From Eledone cirrhosa (lineage: Eukaryota): a stretch of DNA of 64,000 nt. The stretch's first letter is position 1, and each line of letters starts with the position of its first letter. The DNA lies in the NCBI GenBank assembly GCA_964016885.1, contig CAXHJY010000461.1, forward strand, positions 34,831-98,830, read 5' to 3'. A program made the translations under genes and the position numbers. This document shows positions 25,134 to 37,375 of this stretch, piece after piece. Below the pieces are notes generated by a model. The model was given only the letters and a program-made list of their open reading frames with translations. It had not been told where the DNA came from and did not search any database.

Positions 25134-25261
25134 TATATGAGGTCATATTGCATAAGTGATACCATTAAAATGTGTATAACAGCAATGACATCATTAATAT
25201 AATGGTGTAAGATACCACAAGAAAAAAAAAATACAAAGTTCTTGATGGAATCAATTCATTA

Positions 25262-25311
25262 TCTTGTAACTCTGGAGTTTCGCCTGTTTATCACAGGGTC
25301 ATCAGACAAGA
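25262..25311 (-). ncRNA. Type I hammerhead ribozyme motif
   Basis: TCTTGT-CTGATGA-cCCTGtgataaaCAGGc-GAAA-CTCcaGAG-TT-ACAAGA: intact core with three stems. Confidence 0.65.
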
Positions 25312-25361
25312 ATTTGTCTGATGACCCTGTGATAATGAGGCAAAATTGTAGATTAACAAGA
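25312..25361 (+). ncRNA. Degenerate inverted hammerhead copy
   Basis: TTTGT-CTGATGA-CCCTGTGATAATGAGGC-AAAA..ACAAGA; GAAA is changed to AAAA. Confidence 0.4.
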
Positions 25362-25418
25362 CTCACTATTTAGCCTTAATAAAATGAATATATATACACA
25401 TTTACATATATACATATA

Positions 25419-26722
25419 CAGGGTGTAGACGATATTTGTTCGCAATTTTCAACTGATAATTTTATGCAAATTTTTTTTACTTCCGTTGTCACTCTTGTCT
25501 TCATAAAAACAGTGACTATATTTCCATTATTTATTTTCAGAATAATTGATTATGAATAATTTTGAACCTCCAAATTTGTGGAAGAGACACAGAGTTCTTC
25601 CAGGAATCCGCGCTGGGAGGACAAATGAGGAAATTTCAGACTTTCTCAGCGTCAGCAGGAGAATGGTAGAAAAGGTCAGAAAGGAATTGGAAGATTCAGG
25701 ATTCGACTACGAAGCAACATCAGAGAGGAAAACAAATGATCGACGATCTGACGCCTTCAGAACGCCCGAGTTCGTCGCTGAAGTTCAGGATATCATCAAC
25801 AATGAACCTAGCAAGTCGATGCATACCATTGCAAGGGAGAAAGGCGTGGATGAAAAGCTCATTAAGCTGGTGGTACATGAAGACATTCGCTACGTTTCAT
25901 ACAAGATGAGGAAAGGACAATTTCTGTCAAAGGCGATGCAAGAAAAGCGACTGAAGCACGCAAAGAAGCTGATCAACAAGTTGAAACACCCACTGGAGCC
26001 AGACATACTATAGTTTTTCTCCAACGAGAAAAACTTCTGCCAAGACCAGAAGATCAACTCCCAGAACTCGTGGCTCGCTGTCTCATCCAAAGACGTGCCC
26101 AGAGTCATGAAGAAAAAGTTTCCAGCGACAACATTGGTCTTAGGTGTCGTCAACAGTCAAGGTGACGTCATGCCACCTCACTTCTTCCCTGAGGGCCTCA
26201 AGCTGAACACCAATGGCTACATTCGCATTCTGAGCGAGGTAGTAAAGCCCTAGATCGACCAGGTAGCTGCAGGTAGGTCGTACGTGTGGCAGCAAGACTC
26301 AATGCCCTGCCATACCAGCCGAAAGACCCAAGCCTGACTGTCAGAGAATTTCGTTGACCACACTTCACCTGACATCTCGCCTCCCACCTCGCCTGACTGC
26401 AACCCCCTCGACTTCTTTGTGTGGGGCGCAGTGGAGCGAGACACCAACAGATCTAGCTGCAATACAAAAGATGATCTGAAGACCAGGATCACAAGTGCCT
26501 TTAGGGTCCTAAGTTGGAGGACAGTGACGAAGGCCTGTAGCCGGTTCTGAGGCCGCCTTGAGGCCGTCATCAAAGCCAATGGCGGGTTTATCGAGTGAGA
26601 TCGAAAGAACAAGTCATGAAGACAAACTGACCCAAGTTTGATAAATATATCTTAAAAAATAAAACTACTGTGTTATTTTTTCCTAGACAGTAATCTTGCG
26701 AACAAATATCGTCCGCACCCTG
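25419..26722 (+). mobile_element. Full-length Tc1/mariner transposon, DD37D (maT) type
   Basis: ~27-bp TIRs CAGGGTGTAGACGATATTTGTTCGCAA / TTGCGAACAAATATCGTCCGCACCCTG with TA on both sides. Confidence 0.95.
25552..26598 (+). pseudogene. DD37D transposase pseudogene
   Basis: One frame with 4 in-frame stops; FSNEK (first D changed to N), WQQD-x37-D in SPDCNPLD; ends ANGGFIE*. Confidence 0.9.
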
Positions 26723-26740
26723 TATATATATATATATATA

Positions 26741-28267
26741 TCTACTATATAAATGACAATTTCTGTCTGTGTGTAACCAGTTGGCATCTAAACCAGTGAT
26801 CCAATCCTGATGAAACTTTGCACACGTTAAGCTAATATTCAGAAACAAGACTAGCTAATTGGATTTCAATAAAAATCAATAATGGAACTCCTTGGGCCAT
26901 TAAACCCTCCCTCCCACTACTCCCCTTCCTCCTCCAACAACTCATTCCTCGAAAACGAGGTGACAACTTATTTGTTTTTTGTTCTTCATTCTGTAGAGAA
27001 AGAGAGAGGATGATAGTGAGAGAAAGAGAGAGAGAGGGGGCATTAGGGAAGAGAGAGAAAGAAAACAGAAAAATGATAGCATAGTTCGATAACTCACTTT
27101 TATTTATTTTTTAAACACTTCTTAACTAACTCCTTTCTTAACATTACTTCTCTTTCTCTCTCTCTCTTTCACAAAGTCGTAATGAGACTGTGTGTGTATG
27201 TGAGCGTACGAACGCGTGTGTGTCACTGCGTTCTTAAATTAGAGACAAGAGTATGTGTGTGTTTATCACCGTACTTCAGTTAGAGACATATATATCCCAG
27301 TCTACTGTCTCATGTATGTATATATATATGATGCAAAAAGGGAAGGTTGTATGTGACACCTCGATCTACTAGAAATATTAGCAAAATCCATTTCAAATCA
27401 CAGCAAACAGTCTTACACACACAAACACACACACATGCATGTGTGTGTCATGGAAGCCACTATAACTGTTGGTGTACCTAAAAGAAATAGAAAACAAATC
27501 TCCCTCCAACAAGACCCTACTGCCATAGAAGTAAAAGTTGGTGAAAGCTACAGTGTAAACATTTTAATTAACCCAGGCTCTGCCGCACTTTGGGCCAAAG
27601 AGCGTAAACCCGCCAAATATCAGTTGCTTTCAGACAGGTTCGTTGTTGAGCCCATAGCAATGGAGATTTCTGGAGTCCTTGGCTCTAGGGCTACCTCCTA
27701 ACTCACCACCATTGGCACAGAGTTGGCTACTCGCAGGGGTGAGCCTCGTAAGCTGGAATGGATTTTCCAGCGCGTCTCCCTCACCATCCTCTATTCCGAC
27801 TGCTGGGCGGCCAGCGCGTGGGCCCCAATTTGCTCATAATAGTGAGTGACGGGGAGATCGGGAGAGATGGAGGCAGTGACAGTGGGAGGTTGGTTCCTGG
27901 TGTATATGTATATATTTACCACACTTACACACATTTAAATAAACTTTCCTGAATTACAGAAATGAGTTAGTAAAAAAAAAGGATAAAATCTAAATTTATT
28001 TTTTGGTCATGCCCTTTTCACTGACAACATCCCTAATGATTCTTCCAAGTGTCAAGCATTATATATGTTGACTGTAATAGGGAGCAGTATAAAAAAAATC
28101 ACCACTGGACAAAACTAATGTTTTTATCTACATGATTTGCTTTAAACAAACGGCAGTAAATATTCTGCTATAATTCCTACTTTAGTTAAAATTCAGCAAT
28201 CATATTTCAATGGTCAAATATTCTAACTTTAACAAAATACCTGGGAATCACCAGATAGCTCAGCTAG
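26741..28267 (+). mobile_element. Non-autonomous Helitron
   Basis: A|TCTACTATATAAA start; CCTGGGAATCACCAG hairpin remnant then CTAG|T end. Confidence 0.65.
27570..27790 (+). pseudogene. C-terminal fragment of a CRE-like (RLE-endonuclease) non-LTR ORF
   Basis: PGSAALWAKERKPAKYQLL..FVVEPIAMEISGVLG..IG..GEPRKLEWIFQRVSLTI. Confidence 0.6.
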
Positions 28268-28275
28268 TATATATA

Positions 28276-28470
28276 CGAAAGTCGGCTGAAAAGATTATAG
28301 GCTGACTATGAAGGATTGATGCTAGAGCTGTGAAATCGTGCATACATTAATTTCAACTCTTATTAATAACTGCATTATTTCTTTCCAGGAAATATGTTGA
28401 AAAATAAACCTCATTTGGGCATTCCATGAGAGTATCTTGGGCAGCCTATGAACTTTTCAGCCAACCCTTG
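28276..28470. mobile_element. mariner-type MITE
   Basis: CGAAAGTCGGCTGAAAAGATTATAGGCTG / CAGCCTATGAACTTTTCAGCCAACCCTTG with TA flanks. Confidence 0.75.
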
Positions 28471-28500
28471 TATGTATGTATGTATATGTATATATATGTT

Positions 28501-31500
28501 ATCATCATCGTTTCATGTCTATCTTCCATGCTAGCATGGGTTAGATGGGAGTTATCCCACTTGAGGCACGATTGGTTGGGTGTCCATGTCTCGCTCGTAT
28601 AGGACTATCTGGCAGATTTTCTACGGCTGGATGCCCTTCCTGACACCAACCACATTTACAGTGTGGACTGGGAGGTTTTTACCATATTACCTACACAACC
28701 ACATTACAGCGTGGACTGTGTGTTTTTTTGTTGTGACACCTACATGACCTCATTAGTTTGGACTGGATGTTGTGGTACCAACATAACTTTACAGAGAAAG
28801 GGTGGTGTTGGCTGGAGTGGGAGGATGGAGTAGGAGTAGTAGGTTGGGGTGTATGTTTGGTTTGGAGGGGTCTACTGACTGTAGGTTAACTTTGCACGTA
28901 GGGAAGGTGGGTCTTCTGTATTACTGCGTAGCGCCAAAGGTCTTGGTCCAGTGACATTGTCTGAGAGAGGTGCAAGTGTGCAAGGTTGGAATTTATCATG
29001 TCATCCAAGGTTTTTCTGGGTCTACCTACTCCGTAACTTCCATCAATTTTGATCGCCCTGCACTTTTTATACAGCTGTCGTCTTTCATGTGCATCATGTG
29101 ACTATACCAACGTAGTCTTCTCTCAAGTAAACAGCATCTGATTCCCCTTATTCCTAATTAATCTTCCTTACTGTCAAAATCAAGTAATAAGCTTTTAAAT
29201 TTTTTACTGGCTGTGGGGTCCTTCAACTTCCATATTCTTCTCCTCAAGGTAGTCCTCCTCTGTCGTCAAGTACGTCTAGTTGTGAATATGTGGTCACTAA
29301 CTATGAGACTATGTTGGGAGGTGCATTCTTCACGGGGGGAGGGACTTAGTGTTTACAACAGACATTCTGTCACGTCTTCTAGTAAGGATATAATCTATCT
29401 GGTGGCGTGTTCCCCTGATATATAGATGATCAAGTGATTGTCTTATTTTTTGAAGTTTGTGTTACAGATAAATTTCTTTATTAGCCACAAGGGCACAAAA
29501 GAAGGGGACAAATACAAATGGGGAGTTTACATACAGGTATATGAAAATAAAACTATTAATACAATAACAATTTACACAGGGGTTGTACACCCCGAAAAAA
29601 TGTACAACTCTCATCTCCAAGAGCACCAAGAGTGAGTACTCCTTTCCTCTCTTCCTCTTTTTCCTCAACCTACAGGCTTATATAGGGAGAAGGCCCAACC
29701 ACTCGGGCCATCTTTGCCACATTCACCCACCTTTTATAAAATTTGCTGGGGTACAGCACCTCTCTCTCCATCTTGATTCTTCTTTCAAAATGATATTTGA
29801 AAAAACGAATCAGTTGTTGGCCGGAGAGAAAGGTGTCTGACCTCAGCCCTTTTAACCTCGTCCACCATATAACCTCTTTCACCATAGCCATAACGAAAAC
29901 CGCCTCTCCCTCGTTTTTGAATGACGGTGGCAGTTTGATCATAACAATGGACTTGGTGGTCAACTGGATTGGTCCCACCCGCGACAATAGTCGTTCTACA
30001 TAGCCCCACAGGTCAGTGACGCCTGGGCAGTGTACAAATGCATGTGCGACGGTTTCCTCGTCGCGCACGCATCTCAGACAGATCTTTTTCAAAGGGTCCC
30101 TACCCGGGCGCCCGTGTGTGTAGAGCTTGTCTCGAACTGGTAGAGCTCCTCGGTAGCACTGCCAGGGACTTTTGGAAGTTGTCCATCGGTCCCGGGCAGA
30201 AGGTCCTACCGAACAGACTGGCCACGTTCTCTACGCCTAGAGTTTCTCCGAGCGTGTCGTCACACTTGCTGCGGACCAACCCTCTATAGAATGTCGAAGT
30301 GGAGTCTCCACTGATCGCCGGGTCCGCCTGCCAGAGGACTGTGAGCGCCTGAGCACATTCGATGTGCCAGTCGCCCATTTTCCTCGGTCTTTGCTTGACC
30401 CAGGGCTGCAGCTCGGTGAGTGAGACGAGTCGTGGGAAGGTTTGCCTCACGAACGGAGTCCACACCGGTTGTCTGGTGAGGAATATGTGGAGGTGCTGCA
30501 GCCTGAGCGTGTGTTTGCGCATCGTCAGCCATGGCATCCCCAGCCCTCCGTTGGAAGGGTATTGGCAGCAGATGGAACTTCTCACCAAAGGAGCCCGTTT
30601 CTTCCAAAGGAATTGGAAGAGTGCGCGCTCCATTTTGGTGAGCGTTTTGGCTGGACAAGGCACGATGGTCAAGCGGAAGTAGATGATGGACGCTATAAAA
30701 GTGTTTGCCACCTCCGCTTGACTTTTCAAGGATAGTTTGCACTCGGCCCACTTCTGGGTGAGCGCAAACATCTTGGCCGTCACCTCATTCTAATTCTTAT
30801 CCACCTGGAGGTCCGGACCAAACCAGACCCTGAGCAGCTTTACCAGTCCTTCCGTCCAGCGTCTGACGACGTCATCGGAAGGCATCGGTTTGCCTCTCCA
30901 TGTCCCGAGTTGCAAACTGACGGATTTGTCCCGGTTCAGCTTCGCCCCTGTGAACCTTTCGTTACAGATAGTTAGGTTATTAGCGCCACAGAATTCCAGG
31001 ATTCTGAAGCCTTCCTCATTTCTAGAACCAAACCCATAGCCTCCATGGATTCCATCATAGCCATCACAATGTTGTCCAACGTGACCATTAAGGTCACCAG
31101 CAATAATTAAGTTGTCACTGTCGGTTATTTGGGAGGTAGTGTGCATTAGTGACTCATAGAACCTGCCTTTTATAACGTCAGGTAGGCCAGATTGGGGTGT
31201 ATAAGTGGATATTATTGTCACAGTAGTTCTATTTAGAACTAGTTTTATTTTAATTATTCTGCCATTCACTCTATTTACGGCAATTACCTTATCTACCCAT
31301 TTTTCTGTTAACATAATTTCTACTCCACCCAGTCCGTTGTCATTTCCCACCCAGAAAAGTTTATAGCATCGTTTTTTACCCACAATGAATCTAGCAGACC
31401 CCCCTCTCCACCTAGTCTCTTGAACACAACAAACATCAACTTCCTTATGTTCAAGCATCTCTACAACCTCATTTTCAATGTGCCTACATTCATGGTACCA

Positions 31501-31750
31501 ACTCTGAAGTTTGGGATTTCGTTGGATGGGTGGAATGGATGGGTTGGAGGCGCAGGGAGGGGTTTGGGAGATGGAATTATGTTGGTCATCCATGTCTGAA
31601 ATAAAAAGGAGTCCTTGCATTCCTGTCCGGCAGCGGGAGGCGAATTTATCTTTATCTGTGACATTGTCACATTGTGTTCCGCAGTCCATTTAGCAAACCG
31701 AACAGCAACCAGGTCTAAACTTAAGGAGTAATAACCGAGGTGGTAGCTTT
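28501..31750 (-). mobile_element. RTE-clade LINE with RT deleted, split by a Tx1-type insertion
   Basis: Endonuclease VCCVQETRWRG..IIAGDLNGHVG..LTICN (31500-30961) resumes as TNFKK..QIDYIL (29460-29170), then C-terminal RRLRWYSH and a (TGA)n tail at 28501. Confidence 0.85.
29471..30960 (-). mobile_element. 5'-truncated L1/Tx1-clade LINE with 10-bp TSD
   Basis: GAKLNRDKS, GGLGMP, CLRC..ETVAHAFVHCP; homologous to 17390-18750; GTTACAGATA at 29461-29470 and 30961-30970. Confidence 0.92.
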
Positions 31751-32294
31751 GCTATAGAGATTGGTAAGAGAACTTACTATAAACCGCTGAGTTATGATTG
31801 GACCAAATAGCAATGGTTGAAATGGATAACTTTAGGAGAAGGTTAGTTTTTAGAAAGAGTCCAACAGATTGAAGCATATTATTAAAAACACGTGAAATAG
31901 TAAAAATAACAATATAAAGGTTTGAGTATGAATGAAAATCCTTTAGAAAAAAGAGAGTAGATTCTAAACGGACATAAATAACAGTTTAAATATTGCTGGC
32001 CAAATGGACTACAAAAAGTGGATTGCTTACATTCTCAAATTGACAATTCTGCAGCAAAGATTAGATATATATATATATATATAGTACAAGAACACAACGA
32101 ACAGAGATACAAAAAGTCCTATTAGTTTCACGCTTTATATGGAAAAGGGGAAAGAAAGTTTGACGTGTTGGGTTTTAGCCCTTCTTCAGTAGTGCAAAAA
32201 TAGGGACAGGTTCACAAAGGATAGATACAGAAATAAAGCTAGTCCGAGTAAAGAAAAAAAAAACGAAAATAAAGATATATATATATATGTACAT

Positions 32295-32636
32295 ATACAC
32301 CGTGACCTCTGGCGTCACGCAGTAATACAGAGTACCCGACCGCCCATGGGTACAAGCTGAAGCATATAGACAATATTCCCCCACACCCTCCCACTGCAAA
32401 GCACCCAGCCCACACTGTAAAGTGGACGTGTAGGCGCCACGGAATAAAGCACCCAGCACTCACTGTAAATGAGGTTGGTGTTAGGAAGGGCATCCAGCTG
32501 TAGAAATCAAGCCAAATCAGTTCCTGTATGAGCAAGGCATGGTCAGCCAACCAGACACTGCCCACAACAGGACAACCCATCTAACCCATGTTAGCATGGA
32601 AGAACGGATGTAAAACGGTGATGATGATGATGATGA
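32295..32636 (+). mobile_element. RTE LINE 3' end
   Basis: GACCTCTGGCGTCACGCAGTA..CTAACCCATGTTAGCATGG..(TGA)n. Confidence 0.8.
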
Positions 32637-32878
32637 CACATACAAGAGTAGTTCATAGGCTGACGATGCTTATATATACACCCATCATCTCACAGATCAC
32701 TACAAACACTATATTTTTTTTGTTGCATCACCAGTCTGAAGAGATTGATAAGTCAGGTCCATAAATTCTGTGTGTGACTCTCAGCCAATGCTCTGTGAAA
32801 CTTTCGTAAAAGATCGATACACAATAAAAATCTAAATACATGTAAACAAAACTCATTATTGATATATATATATATATA

Positions 32879-33922
32879 TTAGCAGTGGTACCCGGCGTTG
32901 CACAGGATAAGGTATTGGAACGTGGGCCGCCAACAGACCTAATCGTGGAAAAACTGCATGCCTGGACAATAAGTAAAGAAAATAAACTGAATACTCTGAT
33001 GGCTGGATAATCTTTGAGATTTTCCTTGATGAAAAAGACAGGTTTTCACCTAATGCTGGTCCTAGGGGATCAAGAAAATGAATTTTTTTTATGTGCATAA
33101 TATGCCTTGAAATTTAGGGAATATCGGCTAGACGTAACGCCTCAAAAAAGCTGAAAAAATGAAGTTATTTACCTAATGCGGACCCTAGGCCATAAAAAAG
33201 TTGGATTTTCTTTGCTCACGGTATGAAGAAGAGACTGAATAATACATAGTTACAATTTCAAGGAAATCAGTCTGACGTAATGTAACGCCTCAAAAAACCC
33301 CTAAAAAGCTGGAAAAAAACGCAGTTTTTCACCTAAGTTGAATTTTTTTTTATGTGCATTACACTCCCTGAAGTATAAGTAATACACATGTAAAGTTTGA
33401 AAAGGATCTGTTGGGTACTTCTCGGGTTTCACACACACATACATACATACATCCTTCCTCAGTTTTATATATATACATATATAGATTAAAATAACAGATT
33501 AAAGTTTAAGCAAACAATCGTTTCTTTCACCCTTAACGGGATCTTCTGAAACTAAAAACATCAATCTGTGAACGCAGAAGTAAATATTTCGAAAACAGTT
33601 GCAACCGAAGGAAAACAGGAAGACGATACTTTGGTTCGTGAAGACGTTCCCTGGCAATGAACATAATACGTCATCAATGTTCGTCAGAATGTCGTAATGC
33701 ATACAGACAGATATTATAAGAGCGCTACGGAGATGGATAACCAGTGCCTAACACCCCTTTAACAACAGAAAATTGAAAAATAAAAGCTGCAGTTAATATC
33801 TTTAGACTGCAAGGAATGTATAAATGCAAGTTTGAAGTCAATCGGAGTAGAAATGTGGATTTGTATAGACTTTGCAAAAATGAGGACACACACACAGACA
33901 ACATCAGTTTTATATATAGAGA
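32879..33922 (-). mobile_element. Helitron-like non-autonomous element(s)
   Basis: ATTAGCAG..ACCCGGCGTTGC 3' end; two 5'-type ends TTTTATATAT..AGA at 33485 and 33922. Confidence 0.55.
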
Positions 33923-34575
33923 TTATAAGAACAGATTAAAGTTTAAGCAATATATATATATATATATATATGAAAAAGATTTCGTTTTTTTACAAAAACA
34001 ATATAAGAAAATTTGAAGCATAGGTGGGGATGTTAAAACAGCTCAAAAAACAGTAATTTATTATAATAAACAGTACAAAAGGATATGTTTAATGTAAAAA
34101 CGTATTTGGTAATTACTTCAATGTGTATATATATATACGTATATATATCATCATCATACATTCGCTTTTCCCTGCTTGCAAGGGTGATATATATATATAT
34201 ATATCTAGAGAGAGAGAGAGACAAAGACAGGCTTTAGAAGCAATGATGATGATAATACATTGATTGGTTAAATAGGTTAAACAAATGGCAAGAAAGACAA
34301 TGAGGCAATTCAGAAACATTTTAAAATCACGTAATTGTGTAATTAGTGACTTGCGACAAGCAGGTGTTGTTTTGAAATAAAAAGGTCAGTTTGTATTTGT
34401 ACTTACATATCTATATTCTTTTTCTATCTCTCTTATCTGTATCATTATCATGATCATCATCATCATCATCATAAAAATATGTTCAATGGTGATGATGATG
34501 ATGATGATGATACAAGGAGAAAGAGAGATGGTGGAAGAGGAATATATATATAGAAACATGTATATTATATATGTA

Positions 34576-35890
34576 CTAGCAGAGTAGCCCATTGTTGCCA
34601 GGCAATAATCACAAGAGTATGCCTTTATTTCAATTTCTTTTAATTCCATGGCAGATGAAAGGCTGACTGTATACGAACAGCAATGTTACATAGTAGTGAG
34701 ACCTGGATGCTGTGTGCATAAGACTTGAATAGATTGGAAAGAAATGAAGCTTGCATGCTCCAAAGGATGTGTAAGAGTAATATACATGTACGGCAAAGCA
34801 TAAACGAATTGAATGAGAGACCAGGCATAAGAGGAATCAAATGCTGTGTGCAGGAGAGGAGATTACGTTGGTATGGACATGTGATGTGTATGAAGGATGA
34901 CAGCTGTATTGAAAACCCACTAAAAGTCGATGGATGCCTTGGAGTGGGGAGACCCAAGAAGACCTGGGACGAGGTGATAAAAGCTGATCTTGCCTAATTG
35001 CACCTCTCAAAAGCAATGACATAGGATCAAGACCTCTAGCGTTATGCAGTAATACAGAAGACCCCGACTTCCCATGGGCACAGGCTGAAGCTGAAACATA
35101 TATACAGTATGCCCCTTGTCCCTCCCACTGTAAAGTGGTCGTGTAGGTGTCACAACAAAAAGCACACACTCCACACTGTTAAGTGGTTGTGTAGGCACCA
35201 CGATAAAAAGCATCCTGTATTCACTGTAAATGAAGTTGATGTTAGGAATGGCATCCAGCTGTAGAAATCAACCCAAAATCAGTTCTGTATGAGCAAGACA
35301 TGGTCACCTGACCTAACATTGCCCACAACAGGACAACTTGTCTAACCCATGCTAGCGTGGAAAAATGGTCATGAAATAGTGATCATGATAATCATCATCA
35401 TGTCTCCCGCAAAGGATAGTCCCCTTGACAGGGTAATTGACAGCTTCCCACTGTTCCACTAGTGTCAACAAATTGATAGAGTTTCGAAACCTTTGGAATA
35501 TTTTTAACAGTTCATGATTTACCAATTTCACAGTCACAATTTTCCGAGCCAATATAGCCCTTTTACTGAGCTACTTGTGACTTGAGACCTGATATTCAAA
35601 ATTAGGAAACACGTTTTCTATGAGATGGAATAATGATTCCACCATTGTGTCTATGGGACTTATATCAATAGTTCCCTTGCTATCTACAAGAAGGCTTCCG
35701 TCCCTAAACATTAATACATTCTGGGCGAACTGCTCCGATTGTTCGTCTCCATAAAAATATGCCCTTGTGTTTGTAGCAAGCTTCAAAACTTTTATAGAAG
35801 TCCAAAGTGTTGATTTTTTAAAACATTTGATCAATCCTATTGCCTTTTGGAATGACTGAGAGAGTTTGTCTAAAATCTACTACTACTACC
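34576..35890 (-). mobile_element. Helitron remnant with PIF1-like helicase fragment, interrupted by an RTE 3' piece
   Basis: CTAG at 34576; minus 35880-35420 reads DFRQTL..KKSTLW..LKLATN..LIENVFPN..RAILA..AVNYPV. Confidence 0.75.
34645..35400 (+). mobile_element. RTE LINE 3' fragment
   Basis: RLERNEACMLQRMC..RRLRWYGHV..GRPKKTWDEVI, then 3'UTR and tail. Confidence 0.85.
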
Positions 35891-36303
35891 TCCATACAGC
35901 TGTCTCAGCAGCTGTATGAGAACAGCAGATACTAATGTTTCAGGCCCTTCCTCCATCATCAGTGGTATTCACTCACTTACACCGAGACAAGAAGAAGTAT
36001 AACTCTTATACGTTTTGTATTAAAAAAATTCATCAGCTAGTTATGTTCATTTCCATATAGTGCAAGCTTGACTGGTTAGAATTAATTAACAGCAACATTA
36101 ACATAGTATCATTTAAAAACTTTAGGTGTTAAACTTCAAATGTAAAGAACTTCTAAAGGATGGTAATGGTTAAATACAACTGTCCATTAAACAGCGTGGT
36201 TTGATTCTTGCAAGTGTTTCTGTTCACTTTTTTCCCACTCTTCACCCTTACCACCCTGATAAATACCATCGTTGACACCATCTCTATTTCTGCTGATGTT
36301 TAA

Positions 36304-36529
36304 CCCTTTATCATTTACATTACTCTAAATATACTATTGTATTTTCATGGTAAAGGCTTTACCTCACATAATTATCTCATATATCATAATATCGAATCTA
36401 TGAGATTTTCATGTTATTTATTTTGAGAACAATACCTTAATATCAGTATGAGCGGCCAGTTACAGCCGGTTTGAACAGAAAGAGGTGAGAGAATTCTAGC
36501 CGGATACAGCTGGTTTAAATGCTAAAGGG
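36304..36529. mobile_element. TTAA-targeting (piggyBac-like) MITE, family 1
   Basis: TTAA|CCCTTTA..TAAAGGG|TTGA; other copies near 39580-39801, 40680-40816, 43225-43480 and 43859-44080. Confidence 0.8.
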
Positions 36530-36916
36530 TTGAACATAATGATGTAGATGGGGTCGGAGTACAATGAAGTAGATTCTTAACTTCTTTTTGTTACCATATT
36601 TCTAATGAAAGACATTACCTATGATTTTCAAATAATTTTGAAAATAATCAACAATTTGGAGGGTTTTAATAATATAACTAAATTTCTCATTTTTAAGTTG
36701 GTGTTTGGAACATAATTTAACAAAGGTTCTTACAAATAATTACAGAGAGATGTTTTTAGATAAACATAAATAATCTAACTCTTTCGTTTCCATATTTCCA
36801 ATAATATATGCTGCCTATGATTTTCAAATAATTTTGAAAATAACCAACAAATTAGAGTCATTTACTAATATAGCTAATTTTTGCATTATTTATTTGTTGT
36901 TTGGAACATAATTTAA

Positions 36917-37071
36917 CCCTTTAACATTTACATTATTCTATATGAGATTTTGATATTATTTATTTTGAGAACAATACCTTAACATCAGTTTGAGCGGCCA
37001 GTAACAGCTGGTTTAAACAGAAAGAGGTGAGAGAATTCTGGCCGGATATGGGCAGTTTAAATGCTAAAGGT
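36917..37071. mobile_element. TTAA MITE family 1 copy inside a second MITE family
   Basis: TTAA at 36913-36916 and 37072-37075; empty-site paralogue at 36704-36733. Confidence 0.9.
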
Positions 37072-37375
37072 TTAACAAAGGTTCTTACATTAACAAACAG
37101 CTTTGTAATGTAAAACATGAGGTGGTTTCAGGTATTTTGGTATCAAAAGGGTTAAATAACAATATTACTGTCTAATCACTAATTAAACTTGTTTACTGAG
37201 CCACAATGAACTGAAATTTTCCTAATTGATCTTTAAATACTTAATGCCCACTCCTTGAATAACTCTTATTTCCGGATTTTTCTAAATTACATCACTTGTC
37301 ATTTAGGTGAAATCTTCTCTAATTACTAAAACTAACATATTGAGATTTCAAATATATTCCCATGTGAAATAGATT

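Noticed and set aside
25546-26013. Active transposase gene
   Set aside because: Four in-frame stops, and the first catalytic Asp is changed to Asn.
32161-32195. Hammerhead-like motif on minus (CTGAAGAAGGGCTAAAACCCAACACGTC)
   Set aside because: GAAA is lost and stem I does not pair; at most a relic.
35925-35968. Hammerhead-like motif on minus (CTGATGA..CCTGAAAC)
   Set aside because: No stem I and a weak stem II.
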